This document shows positions 56,171 through 64,000 of a DNA stretch of 64,000 nt, in pieces. Each line of letters starts with the position of its first letter. The first letter of the stretch is position 1. Both the position numbers and the translations under genes were made by a program. The stretch comes from Alphaproteobacteria bacterium (lineage in GTDB: Bacteria > Pseudomonadota > Alphaproteobacteria > MPNO01): NCBI GenBank assembly GCA_965248835.1, contig CBDFLJ010000001.1, forward strand, positions 416,001 to 480,000, read 5' to 3'. Below the pieces are notes generated by a model that saw nothing but the letters and a program-made list of their open reading frames with translations, had not been told where the DNA came from and did not search any database.

Positions 56171-57558
56171 CCGGCGCCCTCCCTGGAGCCGGCGAGCGTG
56201 CGCACCCGGTCGCGGAACGCATCGCCGCGCGCACCGAAGGACGGCCATTGGTCGAACGAGGCGCACGCCGGTGATAGCAGCACGATGCCGCCGGGTTCGC
56301 CGTCGGTCTGGGCGCCCGCATGCGCGGCCTCGAGCGCCCGGTCCAGCGCGCCGCAGCGCGTGGTCGGGATGCGATCGCCGATCTCGGCGGCGAAGCGGTC
56401 CTCGGCCTCGCCAATCAGATAGGCATGCCGGACCCGGTGAAGCTCCGGCAGCACGGCCTCCAGCCCATCGGCCTTGGCGAGCCCGCCGGCGATCCAGTAG
56501 ATCCGGTCATAGCTGCGGATCGCCCGCAGCGCCGCCTCGCCGTTGGTCGCCTTGGAGTCGTTGACGTAGGCGACGTCGCCGATGCGCGCGACCATCTCCT
56601 GGCGGTGCGGCAGGCCCGGATAGCTCGCCAACGCCTCCGCGATGACGGCGGCATCCACCCCGAGCGCGCTGGCGGCTGCGAACGCGGCGGCGGCATTCTG
56701 GTGGTTGTGCGATCCGGGCAGGGTCTGGATGCCGCGCAGGTCGGCTACCGGGATATCGGGGGAGGCGGACGCGCCGTCGAACAGCCGACCGCCGATCACG
56801 TAGACCCCACGGTCGGCGATTTTATCGACGGCGATGGGAATGGTGCGCCAGTCAGGGTCGCGGGCAATTTCGATGCCGAGGCGGTTGGATATCTCGTCAT
56901 CGAGGCCGATGACCGCGGTCTGCCCGGGGCCGCCGGCGCGCTTGCGGAAGATGCGCCGCTTGGCCGCAACGTACCCGTCCATGCCGCCGTGCCGGTCGAG
57001 GTGATCGGCGGTGATATTGAGCAGGACCGCGATGTCGAAGCGGGTCTGCACGATCAGGTCGAGCTGGTAGGACGACAGCTCCAGCACGTAGATCCCCTCG
57101 TCCCCCAGTGCCGGCAGGCCGAGCGCCGGCGGGCCGAGATTGCCGCCGACGGCGACCGGCAGGCCGGCGCGCACCAGGACGTGGCCGAGCAGCGCGGTGG
57201 TGGTCGACTTGCCGTTGGTGCCGGTAATGCCGACGAGCGTGGCGCCGCTGACCGTCTCGCCCAACAGCTCGATATCGCCGATCACCGGGCATCCCGCCGT
57301 GCGCGCCCGGGCCACGACGGGATGCGGCGCGGGATGGGTCAGCGGGACGCCGGGGCTCGGGACCAACGCCGAGACCGCCCGCCAGTCCCAGCCGCCCGGA
57401 TCGCTGAGCGCGATCCGGGCGGCCGCGCGGGCATCGGCGGAATCATCCCAGGCGAGCACCTGCGCGCCGCCTTCGATCAGCGCCGATGCGGTCGCGGTCC
57501 CGGAGCTGCCGAGCCCGAGGACGGCAAGGGTCTGGTCTTTGCGGCTCGCCACGCGCAT
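56167..57558 (-). CDS. murD: UDP-MurNAc-L-Ala--D-glutamate ligase
   Basis: SPGVP, GITGTNGKSTTT, ELSSYQ, DHLDRH, NDSKATN, LLSPACASFDQ. Confidence 0.97.
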   Translation of the reverse strand: MRVASRKDQTLAVLGLGSSGTATASALIEGGAQVLAWDDSADARAAARIALSDPGGWDWRAVSALVPSPGVPLTHPAPHPVVARARTAGCPVIGDIELLGETVSGATLVGITGTNGKSTTTALLGHVLVRAGLPVAVGGNLGPPALGLPALGDEGIYVLELSSYQLDLIVQTRFDIAVLLNITADHLDRHGGMDGYVAAKRRIFRKRAGGPGQTAVIGLDDEISNRLGIEIARDPDWRTIPIAVDKIADRGVYVIGGRLFDGASASPDIPVADLRGIQTLPGSHNHQNAAAAFAAASALGVDAAVIAEALASYPGLPHRQEMVARIGDVAYVNDSKATNGEAALRAIRSYDRIYWIAGGLAKADGLEAVLPELHRVRHAYLIGEAEDRFAAEIGDRIPTTRCGALDRALEAAHAGAQTDGEPGGIVLLSPACASFDQWPSFGARGDAFRDRVRTLAGSREGAG

Positions 57559-57562
57559 CGCT

Positions 57563-58651
57563 TTAGCGCAGCTTCAGCGTCGACAGGCCGGCCAGCGCCA
57601 GCACGGTCGCGATGATCCAGAACCGGATCACGATGGTCGATTCGGCCCAGCCCTTGTGCTCGAAATGGTGGTGCAGCGGCGCCATGCGGAAGATCCGCCG
57701 GCCGGTCAGCTTGAAGGATACGACCTGGACGATCACCGAGATCGTCTCCAGGACGAACAGCCCGCCGATGATCGCCAGCACCAGCTCGTGCTTGGTGATC
57801 AGGCTGACCGCGCCCAGCGCCCCGCCGACGGAAAGCGAGCCGGTATCGCCCATGAACACCATCGCCGGGGGTGCGTTGAACCACAGGAACCCCAGACCGG
57901 CGCCGACGAGAGCGCCGCAGAACACCGCAAGCTCGCCCGCGCCGCGGACGTGATGGATCTGCAGGTAGCTGGAAAACACCGCGTTGCCCGCCAGATAGGC
58001 GATGATCGCGAAACAACCTGCGGCGATCAGGGCCGGCATGATCGCCAGCCCATCAAGCCCGTCGGTCAGGTTGACCGCGTTCGAGGCGCCGACCATCACC
58101 AGCACCGCCCACGGCACGAAGAACCAGCCGAGCGGCACCAGCACGTCCTTGAAGAAGGGAACCGTCAGGCCGTCGGCAAGCGGACCCAGCGTCACCGCGC
58201 CCATCCAGAACGCCGCGGCCACGCCGATGACCACCTGTCCGAGGATCTTGGACCAGCCGGACAGGCCTCGGCTCGACCGGCTGCTCAGTTTCATATAGTC
58301 GTCGATGAGCCCGATCGCGCCGAAGGACATCGTCACCAGGAGCGCGATCCAGACATACTGGTTGGTCAGATCCGCCCACAGCACGGTGGCGATGAGGATC
58401 GAGAACAGGATCAGCACCCCGCCCATCGTCGGCGTTCCCTTCTTGGTCAGCAGGTGCGATTGCGGCCCGTCCTCACGGATCGGCTGGCCCGCGCCCTGCT
58501 GCAGCTTGAGCCAACGAATGATCGACGGCCCGAAGATCAGGGTCAGGAACAGGGCCGTCATCGCTGCCCCGCCGGTCCTGAGCGTGATGTAGCGGAACAG
58601 GTTGAAAATGCCGACCTCGTCGGCGAACGGGAAAAGCGCGTTATAGAACAT
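57563..58651 (-). CDS. mraY: phospho-MurNAc-pentapeptide transferase
   Basis: [43 protein letters not shown]. Confidence 0.98.
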   Translation of the reverse strand: MFYNALFPFADEVGIFNLFRYITLRTGGAAMTALFLTLIFGPSIIRWLKLQQGAGQPIREDGPQSHLLTKKGTPTMGGVLILFSILIATVLWADLTNQYVWIALLVTMSFGAIGLIDDYMKLSSRSSRGLSGWSKILGQVVIGVAAAFWMGAVTLGPLADGLTVPFFKDVLVPLGWFFVPWAVLVMVGASNAVNLTDGLDGLAIMPALIAAGCFAIIAYLAGNAVFSSYLQIHHVRGAGELAVFCGALVGAGLGFLWFNAPPAMVFMGDTGSLSVGGALGAVSLITKHELVLAIIGGLFVLETISVIVQVVSFKLTGRRIFRMAPLHHHFEHKGWAESTIVIRFWIIATVLALAGLSTLKLR

Positions 58652-60059
58652 GGCTTGGCTGCGCTTCCTGCGCGGCGGACAACAGATGCTCCACCACCGC
58701 TGCCATGCGGCTTGCGTTTGACCCCTTCACCATCACGACGTCGCCGGCCCCGACCGCCGCGGCCACCAAGCCCGCCAGCACCTGCCCGCTGTCCGCGCTC
58801 GCGCCGCGCATCGCCGCCGGCAGGCGGTCCAGCGCAAGCCGCATGTCGCCGGCCGCATGCACCAGATCGATCCCGTTGGCGATCAGCGGGCCGGCAAGCC
58901 CGGCATGCAGCGCGTCGGAGTCGGAGCCGAGCTCGCGCATGGAACCCAAAACCGCGATCCGCCGACCGCCAGGGGCCGGTGCGATCCGGCCGAGCGTCTC
59001 GATCGCGGCCCGCACCGAGGCCGGATTGGCGTTGTAGCTGTCATCGATCAGCGTGAACGTCCCGCCGCTGCAAGCCACGACATGGCTGCGCCCGCGTCCG
59101 TCGAGCGCCGGCAGATCGGCGAGTGCGGCGGCCGCGCGTTCCAGATCGGCGCCCAGCGCGTCGGCCGCGGCCAGCGCCGCCAGCGCGTTCAGCACCCAGT
59201 GCCGCCCCGGCAAGGCGGTCCGAAAGCCGATGCGCCGGCCGGCGAGGTCTGCCTCGACCGTGCTGCCGTCGGGCGCGAGCGCGATGTCGCAAGCGCGGTA
59301 GTCGGCCTCGCCCGTGCCGAAGCTCACGATCCTCGCCCCGGGCCGTTGCGATGCCGCGCTGCGCAACCGCTCGAAGAATGGGTTGTCGCGGTTGAGGATG
59401 CAGGTGCCGCCTGTCTCGAGCCCTTCGAAGATCTCCGCCTTCGCGTCGGCGATGCCTTCCAAGGAGTCGAAGAAGGCGGTGTGCGCCGCCTCGACATTGG
59501 TGATGACCGCGACATGCGGGCGGACGAGCCGCGATAACGGTGCGATCTCGCCGGGATGGTTCATGCCGATCTCGAAGATTCCGAAGGCGGAACTACGCGG
59601 CATCCGCGCGAGCGACAGCGGCACGCCCCAGCAGTTGTTGTAGCTCGCCGCGCTGACCGCGGTCGGGGCCTGGCCGCCGAGCACATGGCCCAGCGCCTCC
59701 TTGGTGCTGGTCTTGCCGACGCTTCCCGTGACCGCGGCGATCCGCGCGCCTGTTCGGTCGCGCGCCGCGGCGCCGAGCGCGCCGAGCGCGGCCAGGGTGT
59801 CGGTGACTTCGAGCAGCGGCGCATCGGGGCCGATCTCCGGCGGCCTGCGATGCACCACCGCCGCAACCGCGCCGGCGCCAAGGGCCTGGGATACGAAGGC
59901 GTGGCCATCGTTCTGCGGCCCTTCTATGGCGACAAACAGATCGCCCGGCGCGGTCGTGCGGCTGTCGATCGAGACACCCTCCGCCCGCCAGGTGCCGAGA
60001 TCGAGGGCACCGGTCGCGCGCGCCGCCTCCACGGCGGTCCAAAGGGGCGCGCCGCTCAC
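58641..60059 (-). CDS. murF: UDP-MurNAc-tripeptide--D-Ala-D-Ala ligase
   Basis: [39 protein letters not shown]; GTG start 60059. Confidence 0.96.
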   Translation of the reverse strand: MSGAPLWTAVEAARATGALDLGTWRAEGVSIDSRTTAPGDLFVAIEGPQNDGHAFVSQALGAGAVAAVVHRRPPEIGPDAPLLEVTDTLAALGALGAAARDRTGARIAAVTGSVGKTSTKEALGHVLGGQAPTAVSAASYNNCWGVPLSLARMPRSSAFGIFEIGMNHPGEIAPLSRLVRPHVAVITNVEAAHTAFFDSLEGIADAKAEIFEGLETGGTCILNRDNPFFERLRSAASQRPGARIVSFGTGEADYRACDIALAPDGSTVEADLAGRRIGFRTALPGRHWVLNALAALAAADALGADLERAAAALADLPALDGRGRSHVVACSGGTFTLIDDSYNANPASVRAAIETLGRIAPAPGGRRIAVLGSMRELGSDSDALHAGLAGPLIANGIDLVHAAGDMRLALDRLPAAMRGASADSGQVLAGLVAAAVGAGDVVMVKGSNASRMAAVVEHLLSAAQEAQPSHVL

Positions 60060-61528
60060 GCGGCAATGCCCCCGAGCGCGCGTGCGGCCTCGCGGGCTAT
60101 CTCGACATCGTCGAACGGGTGCACGCAATCGCCGATGATCTGGCCGGTCTCGTGACCCTTGCCGCTGATGACCAGGACGTCGCCCTGGCGAAGCTCGGCG
60201 ATAGCGACCCGGATGGCCTCGGCCCGATCGCCGATCTCCCGCGCCCCGGGGCAAGCCGCGATCACCGCGTGCCGGATCGCGGCGGGGTCCTCGCTACGCG
60301 GGTTGTCATCGGTCACGATCACCCGGTCGGCAAGCCGCGCCGCGGTCTCGCCCATCTGCGGCCGCTTGCCGGGATCGCGGTCCCCGCCGCATCCGAAGAC
60401 CACCGCAAGCTGGGCTTCGGCATGCTGTTTGAGTGCGGCAAGCGCATGCGAGAGCGCATCCGGCGTGTGGGCGTAGTCGACATAGACCGGCGCGCCGCCG
60501 GGGCCGCGCGCGGCAAGCTGGAGCCGGCCGGGCGGTGCCCGGAGGGTCTCGAACGCTTCGATCGCGGCCTGCCAGTCATCGCCCGCGCCGGCGATCAGGC
60601 CAACCGCGCACAGCGCGTTGGCGACCTGGAATCCGCCCGCCAGCCCGAGCCGGACCTGGCATGCCTGCCCGAATGCGACCAGTTCGACCACCTGGCCGTC
60701 GGCGTCGGGCACGCAGTCGAGGACCCGCAGCTCGCCGGCAGCGAGCCCGTAATCGATCACCGGGCAGCCCCGTTCGATGCAAGAGCTGGCGAACGCGCCG
60801 AACTCGGGGCTGTCGGCATTCAGCACCGCGGTGGCGCCGGGCGGCAGCATTTCGTCGAACAGCCGCCGCTTGGCGGTGCGGTAATCCTCGAACGAGACGT
60901 GGTAGTCCAGGTGATCGCGCGACAGGTTGGTGAACCCGGCCGCGGCGATCCGCACGCCGTCGAGGCGATGCTGCGCAAGACCATGGCTCGATGCCTCCAG
61001 CGCCGTTCGCTCGGTTCCCGCACGGGCAAGCGAGGCGAGCTCGCGGTGCAGCGTGACCGGATCCGGCGTGGTCAGCGCGCCGGATCGCCGCGCCGAGGTA
61101 TGATCGATCCCCAGCGTGCCGATGCTCGCCGCATCCCGGCCCATCGCCGTCCAGATCTGGCGCGCGAACATCGCCACCGACGTCTTACCGTTGGTTCCGG
61201 TAACTGCAACGACGATCTCGGGCTGCGGCTGGTGGAATCGGGCCGCCAGCAAGGCGAGGCGGCGGCGCGGGTTGTCATCGGTGAGAATGCAGATCCGTTT
61301 CTCGGCGTCCTTGAAAACGGCGTCCGGCGGCGCGAGCAACGCCACGGCGCCCTTCGCCAGCGCTTCGGCGATGAAATGCCGTCCGTCCGTGGCGATGCCG
61401 GGCAGGGCGGCGAACAGGAAGCCGGGCTCGACCTCGCGGGAGTCCGCAGTGATGCCGGTGATCTCGACGTCTGCGGCACCCGCACCGGTCACCGTGACAT
61501 CGGCGTCGAGAAGATCAATGAGCCGCAA
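60056..61528 (-). CDS. murE: UDP-MurNAc-dipeptide--meso-DAP ligase
   Basis: VTGTNGKTS, LTTPD, EASSHGL.Q.R, DHLDYH, DYAHTPDAL, DDNPR (DAP-specific), GKGHE; TTG start 61528 inferred. Confidence 0.96.
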   Translation of the reverse strand: MRLIDLLDADVTVTGAGAADVEITGITADSREVEPGFLFAALPGIATDGRHFIAEALAKGAVALLAPPDAVFKDAEKRICILTDDNPRRRLALLAARFHQPQPEIVVAVTGTNGKTSVAMFARQIWTAMGRDAASIGTLGIDHTSARRSGALTTPDPVTLHRELASLARAGTERTALEASSHGLAQHRLDGVRIAAAGFTNLSRDHLDYHVSFEDYRTAKRRLFDEMLPPGATAVLNADSPEFGAFASSCIERGCPVIDYGLAAGELRVLDCVPDADGQVVELVAFGQACQVRLGLAGGFQVANALCAVGLIAGAGDDWQAAIEAFETLRAPPGRLQLAARGPGGAPVYVDYAHTPDALSHALAALKQHAEAQLAVVFGCGGDRDPGKRPQMGETAARLADRVIVTDDNPRSEDPAAIRHAVIAACPGAREIGDRAEAIRVAIAELRQGDVLVISGKGHETGQIIGDCVHPFDDVEIAREAARALGGIAA

Positions 61529-63233
61529 GGCGCATGCTCCCGCCCGGTGCCTTGACCGCGTCAACGCGTATGCGCGGCTCGATATCGTCGGAGCGCTCCT
61601 CGACCGGCTCGATGCCGAGCAGCGGGCCGATGCGGGCGATGATCCGCCCGACGACGGGCGCCGCGACCCAGCCGCCGGTCGCAAAACCTTTGGTCTCGGC
61701 CGTGCCCTGGGGGTCTTCGAACATGGCCAGCACCACGTATCGAGGCCGGTGTATCGGAAAGGCCGCCACAAAGGAGGCAAGCAGCCGCTTGCGGTCATAG
61801 CCGCCGCTGCCGGCCTGTTCGGCGGTGCCGGTCTTGCCGCCGACCAGATAGCCGGCCGCCACGGCGCGCTTTCCGGTTCCCTTGACGACCGCAAGCCGCA
61901 ACAGCCGGCGCATTTTCTCCGAGGTGGCCGGCGAGAGCACGCGGCGCGGCTTGGCGTTGCCGCGGGTTCCCTCGCGCAGCAGCGTCGGGCGGTGCATCAG
62001 CCCGCCATTGACCACCGCCGCCACGCCGACGGCGAGCTGCAGGGGCGAGACCGCCAGACCATGTCCGTAGCCGATCGTCATCGTGTTGATGTCTCCCCAC
62101 CGGCGCGGGTAGAGCGGCCGGCCGACCTCGCCGATCTCGACCGCGACCGGCCGCAACAGACCGAGCTTGTCGAGGAAGGCGCGCTGGCGATGGCCGCCCA
62201 CGGCAAGCGCCATCTTCGCCGAGCCGATATTCGAGGAATGGATGAAGATTTCAGGGATCGTCAGCCACCGCGCCTGCGGATGAAAATCGCGGATCCAGTA
62301 GCGTGCTACGCGGATCGGCCGGGTCGCGTCGAACCCGTCCGACAGGGTCACCGTGCCGGCTTCGAGCGCGAGCGCGGTGGTGAAGATCTTGAAGGTCGAG
62401 CCCATCTCGTAGATGCCGAGCGTGGCTCGGTTGAAACGCTGCGCGGCAGAGGCCCGCGCCGCCCGGTGGGGATCGAAATCGGGCAGCGAGCCGATCGCCA
62501 CCAGCTCCCCGGTCGCGACGTCGAGGACCAGACCCGCGGCGCCGACCGCGCGGTGGGCGCGCATCGCCTCGGCCAGCGCGGTGCGGAGAACATGCTGGAC
62601 CCGGATGTCGAGCGACAGCACCAGCGGCGCCCCGCGCACCCGGAGATCGCCGTCGAACCGGTGCTCGATCCCGGCAAGCCCCTTTCCGTCGGGATCGGAG
62701 AACCCGACGGCATGGGCGGTCAGCGGACCGGCCGGATAGACCCGCCGCTGATCGCGGCGGAATTGGAGCCCCGGGATGCCGAGACGGTTGATCGCATACT
62801 GCTCCTTGGGCGTCAGATGCCGGCGCAGCACGATGAAACGCCGTCCCGCCCGGAGCTTGGCGGCGGTTGCCGCGAGATCGAGGTCGGGCAGAATCCGGTG
62901 TAGGGCCGCGGCGGTGCGGCCCGGCTCGGGGACGCGCCACGAATCGGCGAGCAACGTCGCGGTCGCCAGGCTGGCGGCGAGCACAACGCCGTTGCGGTCG
63001 GTAATCTCGGCACGCGCCGCCGCGCCGCGGGACAGCGCCGTGCTCGGCGCATCGCGCGGCTCGATCCCGGCCTGCAGCACCGTAACGTCGACCAGGCGCG
63101 CGGCGATCACCATGAAGATCGCGGTCAGCACGGCACCGGACATCAGCAGCCGGCTGCGGCCGACCTCGACAGCCTGCTTGCGCTGACCGTCCAGCCTGAT
63201 CGCGCCGCCGGTGAACCGGGACGGGACGGTCAT
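61515..63233 (-). CDS. ftsI: class B penicillin-binding protein PBP3
   Basis: RAEITDRNG, R.YP, STFK, SSN, GKTGTA catalytic motifs. Confidence 0.96.
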   Translation of the reverse strand: MTVPSRFTGGAIRLDGQRKQAVEVGRSRLLMSGAVLTAIFMVIAARLVDVTVLQAGIEPRDAPSTALSRGAAARAEITDRNGVVLAASLATATLLADSWRVPEPGRTAAALHRILPDLDLAATAAKLRAGRRFIVLRRHLTPKEQYAINRLGIPGLQFRRDQRRVYPAGPLTAHAVGFSDPDGKGLAGIEHRFDGDLRVRGAPLVLSLDIRVQHVLRTALAEAMRAHRAVGAAGLVLDVATGELVAIGSLPDFDPHRAARASAAQRFNRATLGIYEMGSTFKIFTTALALEAGTVTLSDGFDATRPIRVARYWIRDFHPQARWLTIPEIFIHSSNIGSAKMALAVGGHRQRAFLDKLGLLRPVAVEIGEVGRPLYPRRWGDINTMTIGYGHGLAVSPLQLAVGVAAVVNGGLMHRPTLLREGTRGNAKPRRVLSPATSEKMRRLLRLAVVKGTGKRAVAAGYLVGGKTGTAEQAGSGGYDRKRLLASFVAAFPIHRPRYVVLAMFEDPQGTAETKGFATGGWVAAPVVGRIIARIGPLLGIEPVEERSDDIEPRIRVDAVKAPGGSMRLAAH

Positions 63234-63607
63234 TGCCGCCTCCCTTCGGCCGCCATCGAAGCCGGCCCTTCGATCTTGACGAACGGAGCCGACGGGCGCC
63301 GGGCGGGCATCGATTCCGACGCATCGGGCCGCTCGGCGAATGGCAGGTCGGAAATCCTCATCACCTGATCGGGCATCGGCATCCGCAGATCCAGGTGGCG
63401 GCGCGCCAGGTCTTCCAACCGGGCCGGCCGGTTGACGTAGCTCCACTCCGCGCGCAACACGTTGATCGCCTCGATCTGGTCGGCGATGTCGCTGTTTATC
63501 CGGTCGAGCCGGCCTTCCTGCTCCTGGACCTCGGTGTTCACGACGATCGAGAACGCGCCGACGATCACGGCGAGGAGCCCACAGGCGACGGTCGAACGCC
63601 GGCTCAC
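63230..63607 (-). CDS. ftsL: cell division protein FtsL (alphaproteobacterial type)
   Basis: TM then coiled coil, [18 protein letters not shown]; between rsmH and ftsI. Confidence 0.85.
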   Translation of the reverse strand: MSRRSTVACGLLAVIVGAFSIVVNTEVQEQEGRLDRINSDIADQIEAINVLRAEWSYVNRPARLEDLARRHLDLRMPMPDQVMRISDLPFAERPDASESMPARRPSAPFVKIEGPASMAAEGRRQ

Positions 63608-64000
63608 GACGCCGTCCCCCGGGCCGGCGCGTGGGTCCGCTCGGCCGCGCGCAGCTTCGCCGAGCGGGCCCGCGGATTGGCCTCGATCTCGGCGTCTGAA
63701 GGCCTGCGGGGGCGGCGGTGCAGCGGCTTGAAGGTCTCGCCGCGGCGGGTCTCGGCGGGCTCCGGCCGATGGCGCGAGGGCCGCGCCCGCAACGACGAGC
63801 GATCGAGAAGGAACTGCTTGACCGTCCGGTCCTCCAGCGAGTGGAAGGTAACCACCGCAAGCCGGCCGCCCGGGCGCAGCAGCGATTCGGCCGCGGCGAG
63901 GCCGCGGCCAAGCTCGCCGATCTCGTCGTTCACATGGATGCGGATCGCCTGGAAGGTGCGGGTCGCCGGGTCGATCGCGTCCTGGCGGGACCTGCGGCCC
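63604..64000 (-). CDS. rsmH: 16S rRNA m4C1402 methyltransferase, 5'-truncated by window edge
   Basis: [48 protein letters not shown]. Confidence 0.96.
   Translation of the reverse strand, partial: GRRSRQDAIDPATRTFQAIRIHVNDEIGELGRGLAAAESLLRPGGRLAVVTFHSLEDRTVKQFLLDRSSLRARPSRHRPEPAETRRGETFKPLHRRPRRPSDAEIEANPRARSAKLRAAERTHAPARGTAS

Noticed and set aside
48585-63911. Apparent long N-terminal extensions of dcw genes (FtsA 575 aa, MurG 827 aa, MurE 612 aa, FtsI 798 aa)
   Set aside because: Artefacts of first-start ORF calling; true starts overlap upstream stops in normal operon fashion

Overview
High-GC alphaproteobacterial (Rhodospirillales-like) chromosomal segment, mostly core genes. In order it holds: the end of a BtuF/FecBCD-type ABC uptake operon with tonB; glmS-glmU; tRNA-Val(CAC); a small catabolic islet (RutB-like hydrolase, alpha/beta hydrolase, a TRAP DctP remnant, Rieske dioxygenase alpha/beta); grxD-bolA; purL-rhomboid-purQ-purS-purC, purB; pgeF-NDUFAF7-like-lgt; a degenerate HldD homologue; ubiK, ybjN-like, proC; hutI/hutG/hutF; a second catabolic cluster (cupin-like, GMC oxidoreductase, FAD monooxygenase, arylformamidase-like, UbiD); ligA-recN-bamD; and the dcw cluster from ftsZ to rsmH (partial). 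The most interesting signals are non-coding or recoded. (1) An ~800-bp intergenic locus at 38125-38921 appears to hold two convergent small RNAs: a + strand, triple cUUCGg-hairpin, GGA-rich RNA behind four DnaA-box-like sites, and a - strand RNA whose promoter carries a GANTC site and tandem NrdR-box-like operators. (2) A second GANTC plus NrdR-box-pair promoter lies in front of ybjN-proC. (3) A structured transcript carries a 17-nt complement of the 16S 3' end in front of a 23-codon sORF. (4) A peroxiredoxin-like gene has an in-frame UGA in a UxxC motif, probably a selenoprotein. (5) lpxC is missing from its usual slot and the HldD homologue has lost its catalytic residues. All calls come from reading the sequence and recognising motifs; no searches or folding programs were run.
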